Source: Bacillota bacterium
Lineage (GTDB): Bacteria; Bacillota; Clostridia; Acetivibrionales; DSM-1351
Direction of reading: 5' to 3'
Length of the DNA stretch: 45,219 nt
Assembly: GCA_023412635.1 (NCBI GenBank)
Contig: JAEYNI010000329.1
Span: forward strand, 1 to 45,219
The notes under the pieces were generated by a model, which worked only from the letters and a program-made list of their open reading frames with translations, did no database searches and was not told where the DNA came from. Shown here piece after piece: positions 1 to 8,866 of the stretch; the first letter of the stretch is position 1, and the number at the start of each line of letters is the position of its first letter. Position numbers and translations under genes: made by a program.

Positions 1-201
1 AATGGGAGATGATTGTGTTGATAGTTTTTAACTACTTTTCTGCCATACCCGTTATTGAAAATTTCTTGCGTCCGATTAGTGCTCGAGGTACTGCATCTGC
101 TCCAAGAGGGTGGCCGCAGTTAATAAGAGCAGTAGCGGATTAATGCAGGGAAAACAAAAGCAGTTCGGTTAGTTTCTTAACCGTTGGTTAAATCATTAGC
201 T

Positions 202-240
202 AGACAGCAGGGATTCTATTAATAGGATCCCTGTTTGTCT
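202..240. terminator. Long inverted repeat, probable terminator closing the minus-strand toxin/immunity tail
   Basis: agacagcagggattctatt / aataggatccctgtttgtct form a near-perfect hairpin ~90 bp downstream of the stop at 332. Confidence 0.55.
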
Positions 241-331
241 GTTATGTGGGTTTTTAATTTGGTATTATGAAAATTTCTCATGGTGTTTTCGAATAGAGAA
301 GATTGTCAGCTAAAGTATCGATCAGGAAAAA

Positions 332-1222
332 TTATTTTATGGTTATTTTATCAACATTGTAAGAGATTTTTTTTAACTGTTCAAATTCGAATTTCCTTAT
401 ATCGCTGTTAGTCTTATAAAATTTGTCAACAGATATATAACTATTATCATCAAATTCTACTGATATTTTCCAACTGTTACCCCTATTATCTTCTACTAAA
501 ACATACGTCATTGAATCTAAATCATTAAACTTACGTATATAAGCTTTATATTCACCCTTGTCTAATTCTCCTTGTTTACTTATCAACTCAGATAAATTGC
601 TCTTTAATCTATTAAAATTATTAAGACCTTCACCCGTTAGCTGTAAAAATTCAGGCTGCATGATTGCATTAAAAGTTATTGTGCTCTTTTGTACTAACTC
701 ACATTTTATTGCTTTTAACTCATTTTTCGCCTCTTCTTCTGTTTCCCTCTTCCAATATCCCCCTAATTCACTTGAATATCCATTTTTATGTTTAATCAGA
801 TATATTACAAGATAAAATTTCCCCTTTGATATGTTACTATTTCCCTCCTCAGCAAATTGTTTATTAAAATAAATATAAATATTACTTGGTTCATCTTTTA
901 TGTTATATATCTCAATATCTGATGTTTGCTTTTCAACCCCATTAAATTCAGAATATTTGCCATAGCACCATAAATCATAATTTATATTAAGTTTTATTGC
1001 TTTTTTTAGTTCATCAATATTAATATCACTTTGTTGTACATTACTCGTGGAAGGATTATTTTTTATTAGATCAATGGAGATTTCAGAGTTAGTATCGTTA
1101 TTAGTACTATTAGGTTCGAGGTTATTACTAATTTCTATACTTTTATATTCTGTGCATGACACTGTTATAAATAATGTTATTACTATAATTATAACAATTA
1201 AAAAAATATTTTTTCGCTTCAT
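332..1222 (-). CDS. Lipoprotein, putative orphan immunity protein
   Basis: Start moved to ATG 1222 (GGAGG RBS upstream). MKRK + hydrophobic stretch + lipobox ITVS-C, then Asn/Ser-rich linker. Directly follows the toxin-like remnant at 1243-1488. Confidence 0.7.
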   Translation of the reverse strand: MKRKNIFLIVIIIVITLFITVSCTEYKSIEISNNLEPNSTNNDTNSEISIDLIKNNPSTSNVQQSDINIDELKKAIKLNINYDLWCYGKYSEFNGVEKQTSDIEIYNIKDEPSNIYIYFNKQFAEEGNSNISKGKFYLVIYLIKHKNGYSSELGGYWKRETEEEAKNELKAIKCELVQKSTITFNAIMQPEFLQLTGEGLNNFNRLKSNLSELISKQGELDKGEYKAYIRKFNDLDSMTYVLVEDNRGNSWKISVEFDDNSYISVDKFYKTNSDIRKFEFEQLKKISYNVDKITIK

Positions 1223-1242
1223 GTTTTCCCTCCAATTTTGCA

Positions 1243-1488
1243 TTATTTCTCATCAGCATACCTAAAAAATGTGTTATCCCCGTATGTTATACTATCTACC
1301 ATATTTTTAGTCTTTACTGTACTAAAATATGTTTTTTCAAGAAAGTACCGTCTATCATCTATTTTGTTTTCAATTAATTTTGATAATTATTCTCTTCGAG
1401 CTTTCTTATCACTCGATGTATTTGCTACTATTATTTTTGCAATCTCAACACATTTTTTCCACTTTTCGGAATTGGTATCAGGTTTCAT
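1243..1488 (-). pseudogene. Remnant of a C-terminal toxin tip resembling cell-wall hydrolase (SleB/Hydrolase_2-like)
   Basis: Hand translation: MKPDTNSEKWKKCVEIAKIIVANTSSDKKARRE*LSKLIENKIDDRRYFLEKTYFSTVKTKNMVDSITYGDNTFFRYADEK*; in-frame TAA at 1387-1389; W..C..IA, YF and GDNTFF pattern recalls the Hydrolase_2 C-terminal half. Confidence 0.4.
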
Positions 1489-1600
1489 GGCTGTGCAGCT
1501 CCGGTATCAACAATGACATGATCAATTGTAATCTCCTTATCACCATGTTTTAGCAGAATCGAAACGTTAATAAGCCTTCTTTATGATCAATCTTATGCAT
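1485..1600 (-). pseudogene. Frameshifted, truncated retropepsin-like aspartic protease
   Basis: MHKIDHKEGLL / frameshift / VSILLKHGDKEITIDHVIVDTGAAQP*; the DTGA catalytic motif follows a hydrophobic strand; ATG lies immediately after the stop of the upstream small gene. Confidence 0.65.
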
Positions 1601-1601
1601 T

Positions 1602-1847
1602 CTATACGCCCCTTCTTATTCCAGCATGTCTTACCAATTCGATAACTACATCTGAATTACTTGTACTGAAAACAAACTGGCCTTCCTTGCAGGTAATAAA
1701 CTCCTTCATAGCAGCTTTCCCATCTTCAATAGCTTTGATTACAGCTACATCGTCCACGTATTCTTTGTTGTCGACAACGTGGGATTCCAATATCTCAAAC
1801 TTTACAAAACGGTCCGGATATAGACTTCTTACTTCATCCCATTTCAT
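1602..1847 (-). CDS. Small hypothetical protein (MKWDEVRSLYPDRFVKFE...), translationally coupled to the aspartic protease remnant
   Basis: ATG at 1847 with GGAG/GGTG upstream; protein-like composition; stop abuts next ATG. Confidence 0.65.
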   Translation of the reverse strand: MKWDEVRSLYPDRFVKFEILESHVVDNKEYVDDVAVIKAIEDGKAAMKEFITCKEGQFVFSTSNSDVVIELVRHAGIRRGV

Positions 1848-1934
1848 AATCACCAGCTCCTGACATTTCAATTGTAAAATTATTATATCCTACTAAAAGA
1901 ATGCGAACAACAATAAATGCTGAACTGTTAATTA

Positions 1935-2215
1935 CCCCTTTAGGTTCATCTGCAAAAAGCCAGGCGCGTCTTGCTGTAGCATATGGCTTAATATTAGGTT
2001 CACAGAGATTATTCGAGATGGGCAACCTTCCATCTTCTAAAAATATTTCACGATATTTTCTCTGATTCTTTGGCATAAGTCGGGGTTTTAGTCAAATTTT
2101 CATTAGTAGTTGTAAGAGCTGACGTCTCTTCTATCTACGACCAAAAGGCATCTAGGATGGCTCGTGATGCCTCCTGACGCTTCTCTTTCTTTTCACTATA
2201 TGAAACCCCCTGCAT
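1935..2215 (-). pseudogene. tnpC: IS66 transposase C-terminal fragment
   Basis: EKRQEASRAILDAFWS*IEE...KNQRKY..FLEDGRLPISNNLCE.NIKPYATARRAWLFAD.PKG, with a stop and a frameshift. Confidence 0.8.
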
Positions 2216-2219
2216 TTTG

Positions 2220-2648
2220 TAGTAGTTAGCCCAATTAGTAATACCCTGATGAATCTCATTAAAAGTTGTACACCATGAAATATCTATTTCGTCTTTCATA
2301 TGTCCAAAGAAAGATTCTTGGGGTGCATTATTCCAACAGTTGGCTTTGTGGGACATAGACTGTCTCATTTCACTATCTTTTATCAGTTGACCAAATTTAA
2401 CACTTTTATAATGAACGCCTTGATCACTATTAATTAAAGTCTCTGCTGTCAGTGAAACACTGTGCCATTGATGATGTAGGTTATATCAGGTAGAAGAACC
2501 TTGCGAGGTCCTTGTGTTTCAAACTCCCGGTTTAATAGATTTGGTACAACATAAGCAATCTCTATTGCTTTTGCCATACGTCGGTATGGATTAGCCTTGC
2601 GTATTGGACAGAACAGCCCATATTTCTTCATTAATCGTCGTATTTTCT
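2220..2648 (-). pseudogene. IS3-family transposase (OrfB, rve integrase core) fragments
   Basis: KKIRRLMKKYGLFCPIRKANPY...PNLLNREF...DITYI and QSMSHKANCWNNAPQESFFGHMKDE. Confidence 0.8.
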
Positions 2649-2649
2649 T

Positions 2650-2850
2650 GAGAAGCCATTCCAACTGCTGTGAAGTGACTTCCTTTGTTTCTGCAGCATC
2701 CTTGGGCCATTGGAATTTCATTTCATCTGTCAGAAAACAGATCCAGTTTGAACTGAAGATTAACCATAGCCACCAGACCTTCAAATTGCTTGCGGAAATC
2801 TGTGTACCCGTAGGCGATAAATATGTGCGAAGCATCCTTTGCAAAATGGC
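2650..2850 (-). pseudogene. tnpB: IS66 accessory protein fragment
   Basis: FQWPKDAAETKEVTSQQLEWLL matches the C-terminal motif of the intact copy at 7342-7698 (FQWPRSEKEARSITSNQFRWL). Confidence 0.7.
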
Positions 2851-3174
2851 CTAACATAATCTCTGCAACCGACTGATGAATTCTGCTGCAAGTTTAACTG
2901 TATTAGAATCGCTGACTGTTAGATTAATATCATGCCTAGTGATTTGGATATCTGAGTTCACATTTTTACATTGGGTTATATATGTTGATTTAACTTCTGC
3001 AAAAACTGGTATTGAAGTATTGATATTCTGTGTATGAGTCTCTATACGTTTCAGCCAGTAGTAGTAATCATGTTTTGTTAGATTGTTTTTCTTGCACCAA
3101 TTGGTAACATTCAAACCGCTGGTTTTTCTGTCAGCAATTCTATGCTGCCAAAGCTCAAGTGATTTCAGGTTCAT
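2851..3174 (-). CDS. tnpA: IS66 accessory protein
   Basis: W..RI.....SGLNVTNWCKKNNL....YYYWLKRI HTH pattern; first gene inside the IS66 left end. Confidence 0.8.
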   Translation of the reverse strand: MNLKSLELWQHRIADRKTSGLNVTNWCKKNNLTKHDYYYWLKRIETHTQNINTSIPVFAEVKSTYITQCKNVNSDIQITRHDINLTVSDSNTVKLAAEFISRLQRLC

Positions 3175-3419
3175 AAGGTTTCTCCTGGAATAAAATTTAT
3201 TAATTCCATTTTAGCTTATGATCGCTCCTTATTCACTACGTCATCTTTTGAAGCACTTACAGATATCACTATTGTAATCAATAATCCTACGTGATAATAA
3301 AAATGTCGCACTTGAAGTTAAAGCACACATTATTAATGAATCAATAACAGAACTTCTTTATTTCTGTGAGACTTCTGACCAAAGAAGAAACATATCCAAA
3401 AATGATATACAGTTTATTT

Positions 3420-4145
3420 CTATTGATTTAACTGCAGTTCAATAGAATCCCTTTCCGCACCATATCCACTTCGATAACTTACTAGGCCTTTTCCTTTCTC
3501 CCATGTAAATGATTCATAATACCCAGTAGAAACTTGGTCATTATATGAGTGATATTCTCGCTTATCCCCGTTCACTTCAATGTAATGATGAAATCCATGC
3601 TTTTCTTTATCCAATGTGTCTTTTATTTCTCTGTCCTGGCAAACTACGACACTACCAATTAGTAATTCTGCACTTGTTCTTAACTTACTAAAATTCTCCT
3701 TATTCGTCTCTAACTTATATATTTTATCTTTCTGTACATAGAAATATCCCAAACTCAAACGATCATACGGAACACCATCGATGGAATCAAGTTTTAATTC
3801 GTATAACTCACCATCCTTAAGAATAGCCAATTCATTAATATTCAATTCAACATCTTGTTCTATAATATCATCAAATAAAAAACTCCCTTTATATTTCAAC
3901 TTTACATCTTTGTTTTTAGAGAAAAATAAATTACTCACAGCTCCTGTACTGGTAATATTAGCGCTACTATGTATATCTTTTTTACTGGGTGTTTTTATTT
4001 CACTAGAAGTTACATTAGCTTGAGCAGATTGTTTTAAATTTCTTGTATTTTCTTGATTTAAAATATTGGGTAAGTTATTAGTATTTGTACAACCTGTATT
4101 AAATAAAAAACCTATCACAAAGATTATTGAAATAATTTTCTTCAT
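3420..4145 (-). CDS. Lipoprotein, putative immunity protein for the lysozyme-like toxin
   Basis: MKK + hydrophobic + lipobox FNTG-C; GAGGTG RBS; directly downstream of the orphan toxin. Confidence 0.7.
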   Translation of the reverse strand: MKKIISIIFVIGFLFNTGCTNTNNLPNILNQENTRNLKQSAQANVTSSEIKTPSKKDIHSSANITSTGAVSNLFFSKNKDVKLKYKGSFLFDDIIEQDVELNINELAILKDGELYELKLDSIDGVPYDRLSLGYFYVQKDKIYKLETNKENFSKLRTSAELLIGSVVVCQDREIKDTLDKEKHGFHHYIEVNGDKREYHSYNDQVSTGYYESFTWEKGKGLVSYRSGYGAERDSIELQLNQ

Positions 4146-4188
4146 AAAAATTCACCTCATAAGTTTAATGTAAATACGCTATTTACTT

Positions 4189-4227
4189 TTGATATGGAAT
4201 ACCTAATAAATAGGTACTCCATATCAA
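4189..4227. promoter_or_regulatory. 17-bp stem-loop between toxin and immunity genes
   Basis: ttgatatggaataccta-ataaa-taggtactccatatcaa, one mismatch. Confidence 0.5.
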
Positions 4228-4276
4228 TTTTAGTTAATACAAATGTATCCTCCGCAATAGTTGATAACTACTAAAT

Positions 4277-5806
4277 TTATTTTTTCAATGAAGTTATAAG
4301 TATGTAGACACCTGGTTGAGCATCTACTAAATCAGGATCCCATTCCCCATCGGATTTATATTTACCTTTTATATATACATTTGTTCCGCTATACACATAT
4401 GGACTTGGAGTATCTTTATGGTATTTATAATATCCTAATCCATTGTATGATTCTGCAAAAGCCATCATTGCCGCTATATCATCAGAATCTGAATTCAATC
4501 TAAATTCATCTCTACGACTTTTCTTTTCAGATAAAGCATCTACTGCAGCATCTATAAAATTATCGAAGTATTTTCCCTTTGGTACGTTTGTAGTTGGTTT
4601 CCCAAGAGGATCTCCATTGTGCAAATACGTATTAAAATCACAACCAGATTCACGATAATGAATAGCTGCTATTAATTCTGGCGGAATACCTGTCTTCTTG
4701 GATATTTCTTCATAAATCGCTTTGTTTTTCTCATATATTTTTTTGAAGTTTTCAATATCCCAGTTAAATTTATTTGTATCAATAGAGCTTATCTTGGCTA
4801 TTAAATCAACTTCATGTTTGTATAATTTGCTACTCTTATATAATTCTTCATTGATACGTTCACCCGTCTCCTCATCATTTTCCGACCACCCATCTGGTGG
4901 TCCATCTTCACCATTGCCCCATCCTTCGCTCGTTCCCTCATTATTAATCGACTCTAGTTCTTTCTTTTTGCTCTTATTTTTAACCTCATACTTACCTTCT
5001 TTATATGTAACAGAAACATAACCTGTTTTAGCTAACTCCGTCGCCAATGATGCTGCAAGAGCAATTATTGATACTCTATCAAGAATACCCCAAAGTGAGT
5101 TATCTTTTTTATTAAGTATTTTTTCTAGATTATTTAATTGTTCTTCTGTTAACTCACCATTTTGCTTAACCTCATCAATTACGTCATTAACTATATCATT
5201 TATAAGATCATCATCTAACTTATCATCTATGTATTCCTCAAATGAAACTGAACTATCATTTTTTGATTGTGTAATATAAGTAATAAGCTTTATATCGTTC
5301 TTACTAGTAGAAGCTAACAGCGTATTGATCAAGCTCTTTAAGTCATTCTCACCTTCTGTAAGAACTGGCTGTGTCGCCATATAATCCAAAAAATCTTCCA
5401 TCAACTTGGGATCTGGCGATTGCTTAGGTTGTTCGGGTGTAGTTTTGTTGTTATTTTTGTTGCTTTCAGGCGTTACGGTTACCGTATTTCCGTCACCTGT
5501 ACCAACTTCATTCTTATTCCTATATTTATCTCTTAACTTCTCTGCATTTTCATGAGCTTTATCTTTACCAGCTTGATTACCGGCTTTATTAGCAGCGTTC
5601 CAATCTTTACCATACTGTTCTAGTTGTTTTATCTCACTAGGTGATAAATGTTCTTTATCCCAATCTGATACATAATGCCCCGTAGGGTCTACATACTGTA
5701 TCGGATCATTATGACAATAAGTATACAAATTCAAGCTAAGTGGGTTGTTATCTTCTCCCCAATAGCTGTCCTCTGATGTGAATCTGCCTAGGTTCGGGTC
5801 GTAATA
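4277..5806 (-). pseudogene. Orphan RHS C-terminal module: end of RHS core plus linker plus lysozyme-family (COG5526-like) toxin
   Basis: Frame reads YYDPNLGRFTSEDSYWGEDNNPLSLNLYTYCHNDPIQYVDPTGH from 5806. Tip has TGIPPELIAAIHYRES, HNGDPL, ESYNGLGY, SPYVYSGT, GKY.SDG.WDP. No RBS seen; 5' end cut by IS110 sequence. Confidence 0.85.
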
Positions 5807-5809
5807 CCC

Positions 5810-6390
5810 TTAACGAGATAATATGTTGCTCAAATGTAGTAGCCATCATATTTCAGATGGCTATATAGGTATTCTTTGTTTTCAAGGTACATCAGTTTGA
5901 TTATATCATTTCTTTGCTTGATTGGGTATATTTGGATGGACATGTTCGTTACCACTTTTCATCATGCCGTAGACTATATTTACAATTCTTCTCATCACTG
6001 ACTTTATTGCTTGATTTGTGGTTTTACCCTGTGACAGTTTTTTGCTGTATTACTCGTAAACTATACCGTTTACAGGCTTGTTTTTGTTTCGTCCTGCACA
6101 AATATTCCTTGCTGCTATCCCCTGAAATATATAGTGCAGCCTTCGGTTTCCAAATTTGTTTCTTATGTCTTTTTGAGTATCCCCGGAGGAATGGCTTACA
6201 GGACATATTCCAGAGAATTTAGCCAGTTTATCAGCACTTGCAAAGCGGTTTATGTCGCCGATTTCGGCTATTAAGGCAGCTGCTGTTATAAAATCAACTC
6301 CTTTTAGCGTTTCCAGCTTGTAAGGCAGTGTTTCAGTAAGCTTTTTTATTTCTTATTTGTTTCAGCCCCCGCATAAAGTCCGGAAGCTGA
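5810..6390 (-). mobile_element. IS110-family remnant (transposase C-terminal part ~5906-6352 with in-frame stop, plus downstream end)
   Basis: Hand translation: LETLKGVDFITAAALIAEIGDINRFASADKLAKFSGICPVSHSSG...GNRRL...VYE*YSKKLSQGKT..QAIKSVMRRIVNIVYGMMK (Transposase_20 signature); hairpin tagccatc/gatggcta near 5840-5863. Confidence 0.85.
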
Positions 6391-7246
6391 TGGACTTGCC
6401 TGTCCGGTATACCCACATGTAACTTTTTGATCCAGCTGATCTACCATCTTTGGATACCATTACAGGGGTCTCATCCGCTTGTGATACTTTGCATTTATAC
6501 AGTTCATGATGCAGCCGGTCATATAAAAGTGATAGGTATCTCTCTCCACAAAGGATAGTCCAGTTGGCCATAACTTGTCTTGAAACCATTACATCATTTC
6601 TGGCAAATTCCTGTTCAAGCCTGTTTAAAGGGATTGCATTAATATACTTGGAGTTTAGTATGGCTGCCTCCAGTGAAGGAGTAACAATGCTGTTTCGTAA
6701 CAAATCGGTTGGCCGATTTGCCTTAACGATGGTCTGGTTGTCATTTCCACAGTAAACTGCCACATGATGCTCTTCTACTTCGAATTGGGCAGGATGCAGA
6801 GCCAGCCTTTTGTATACCTCATCCGGAAGACGGCGCCATTTTTCACCGAAGGCTGATCTAAGTTGCTCTTCAGATAGTGTATGCTCTATGATAGTAACCG
6901 GAATGTTCTTTAAATCTTCTTCACGCTTTCCTTTGTGTTTCTTTCGTTTGTAAGCTTTGGGGCATACTTCCTCCAGTTCTGGTTCAGCAACTTTTTCAGC
7001 AGCTAAAACTTCGGCCTCATTAAAACAGAGTTCCATTTGATCTTCATACTGCATTTTTTCAGAGGAACGTCCAAAACGGTGTTGTTTCGATACGCTTAAC
7101 TGTTCGAGAAGAAGATCCATCTTCTGATTCAGTTCCTGCATCTGTATCTCCTGTTTTTCATTATCTCTCTGCAAGGAGATGACAATATCGATTATGTCTG
7201 TTTTGCTGTATTTAGTTAATTCATTCACACAATATTTTTTATCCAT
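6362..7246 (-). pseudogene. tnpC: IS66 transposase, C-terminally truncated
   Basis: HRFGRSSEK, KY.NAIPL.RLEQEF.R, QADETPVMV, YMWVYRTG; similarity stops at ~6395 where IS110 sequence begins. Confidence 0.88.
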
Positions 7247-7341
7247 GGAACTATCATACTATGAAAAATTTACCACGAAAAGCATAAAACAGGAATTTTA
7301 TAAATCTGTGGACAATCCTTAGAAATTCCTGTTTTTATCCA

Positions 7342-7698
7342 CTACAAAATATGCCTGGGATAAACTTTTTTCGTTGCTTTTGGCTGATCAATGGATAATC
7401 CCTCTGTAAGCCATCTGAATTGGTTTGAAGTGATAGATCGCGCTTCCTTTTCACTACGTGGCCATTGAAACCGTCCACTTTCCAGTCGTTTATACAGAAG
7501 GACAAAACCATCTCCTTCCCACAAAAGGGCCTTGATGCGATTTGTCTTTCTACCACAGAAAAGAAAAAGCGTATTTTGAAATGGATTAAGTTTAAATTCA
7601 TTTTGGACAATAGCTGCAAGGCCATCAATTCCGCAGCGCAGATCGGTGTATCCGCACGCAATATATATTTGATCAAAACCAGCAGCATCATTAAACAT
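7342..7698 (-). CDS. tnpB: IS66 accessory protein
   Basis: IYIACGYTDLRCGIDGL, LFLFCGR, IKALLWEGDGFVLLYKRLESGRFQWP. Confidence 0.93.
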   Translation of the reverse strand: MFNDAAGFDQIYIACGYTDLRCGIDGLAAIVQNEFKLNPFQNTLFLFCGRKTNRIKALLWEGDGFVLLYKRLESGRFQWPRSEKEARSITSNQFRWLTEGLSIDQPKATKKVYPRHIL

Positions 7699-8053
7699 GT
7701 CCGAGTACCTTTAATATATTGGCAAGCAACTCCGGCGATGTCTGATTTGAAAGTTCAAGGCGAGAGCTGCCAATACATAGAACCATATCAGGGTTAAAAT
7801 ACTTATCGTTACACGCTTTAGTATCTGAAACTTTAAGTGGAACGAAAGCTGTACTCTGTTTCGCTACCGGCAATTCAGAAGACAATGAACTAATTTCCTC
7901 ACGAACCCTACGTTGCCAGTAGAAAAACTGTTTCTCGTTAATGTTGTTTTCCTGACACCATGCTTTTACAGTCATACCGCTTGTGCGGCACGTATGGATA
8001 ATGGGAGCCCACTGAGAAAGGCGGTACTCATGAGTTAATTGTTGTGCATCCAT
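7691..8053 (-). CDS. tnpA: IS66 accessory protein
   Basis: QW..II..C..SGMTVKAWCQENNI....FFYWQRRVR; overlaps tnpB start. Confidence 0.9.
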   Translation of the reverse strand: MDAQQLTHEYRLSQWAPIIHTCRTSGMTVKAWCQENNINEKQFFYWQRRVREEISSLSSELPVAKQSTAFVPLKVSDTKACNDKYFNPDMVLCIGSSRLELSNQTSPELLANILKVLGHV

Positions 8054-8218
8054 GATTAATTCTCCTTAAAACTTTAAGCTACTCTAAAAACTCCAAGGAG
8101 TATTTAAAGTGACAGCTAAAACTATTCAGGAGTAATTATCGCATGGCAGATCCCAGCAGTCGAGGTACTCATGGTTTACCACTTACTTCGTAAGCACTAT
8201 GTAGCTCCAAAAGGGTAG

Positions 8219-8248
8219 AAAAAAAGACGGTTATCATTTAGACAACCG
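8219..8248 (-). terminator. Rho-independent terminator after the immunity gene
   Basis: Minus strand cggttgtc-taaat-gataaccg followed by tc and 7 T. Confidence 0.65.
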
Positions 8249-8269
8249 CCGTCTTATTTTTCCCACGTT

Positions 8270-8851
8270 CTAATCTGTTTCTAATAATTTGAATCCAAAA
8301 CCAGTTAATCCCTCATTTTCTACTGCTATTCGTATACGCTCTGACACGATAATGTAATTTTTGCTTTCTAGTAAACGGAAAATATCCAAATTACTCTTCG
8401 AAGCATTCTTATTTAAAACGACTTTTCTAATGAATTTAATATATTTATAGTCATCTTCCCAAGAAACATAATCAGATTTTTCCAAATCCAATGCTTCAAC
8501 TGAATCAAGAACATTTACTACATTCAACATATGACTGGGCTCTTTTTTTCCAGCTTTCTTTATACTTATTGGCAGGTATTGTATATTTACAATGCCTAAC
8601 CTCTTAAAAACCTCAACTGCCTTATCAGTAAACATCAACCACGATAGAACATTAGGGACATAGTCTAAAATAACATTACCTTTTTTATAACAAAAATCAA
8701 GATTATCTGGCCATTTTTCAATGTAAGTGCCTCTCCAAACTGACCTTAGGTCAAACCCATTTAAATTATAATCGTTTACTAAAATAGGGCTTTTACCTTT
8801 TGGTAAGTTATCTTTAGAGTCTTCACTATATTCAAGTAAATAGTAACTCAA
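8270..8851 (-). CDS. Cognate immunity protein, Imm11/DUF1629-like
   Basis: 15 bp after the RHS stop, AGGAGG RBS, TTG start, no signal peptide; LNVVNVLD..EALD.EKS and IFRL....YIIVSERI......GLTGF.F motifs, a type commonly paired with AHH nucleases. Confidence 0.8.
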   Translation of the reverse strand: MSYYLLEYSEDSKDNLPKGKSPILVNDYNLNGFDLRSVWRGTYIEKWPDNLDFCYKKGNVILDYVPNVLSWLMFTDKAVEVFKRLGIVNIQYLPISIKKAGKKEPSHMLNVVNVLDSVEALDLEKSDYVSWEDDYKYIKFIRKVVLNKNASKSNLDIFRLLESKNYIIVSERIRIAVENEGLTGFGFKLLETD

Positions 8852-8866
8852 CTTATTACCTCCTGT

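Larger units (their letters stand above)
1935..3260 (-). mobile_element. Degraded IS66-family element with an internal IS3-family fragment
   Basis: Left end GTAAGTGCTTCAAAAGATG at 3260 (minus); tnpA, tnpB and tnpC-like pieces in canonical order; centre replaced by IS3-type transposase sequence. Confidence 0.8.
6395..8186 (-). mobile_element. Partial IS66-family element (left end, tnpA, tnpB, truncated tnpC)
   Basis: Left end GTAAGTGGTAAACCATG at 8186 (minus); three-gene order; 13-bp inverted repeat 7286-7298/7323-7335 between tnpB and tnpC; no right end found. Confidence 0.85.

Noticed and set aside
2112..2130. gtaagagct as the right inverted repeat of the IS66 starting at 3260
   Set aside because: It lies inside tnpC-like coding sequence that continues on both sides, and the match ends after 9 nt
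4277..5734. Treating the orphan toxin as an independent expressed gene from TTG 5734
   Set aside because: No SD upstream; RHS-core homology continues to 5806, so it is a truncated module
5914..6222. ORFs 5914-6222 (+) and 6024-6206 (-)
   Set aside because: Wrong strand or frame; the real signal is the interrupted IS110 transposase frame
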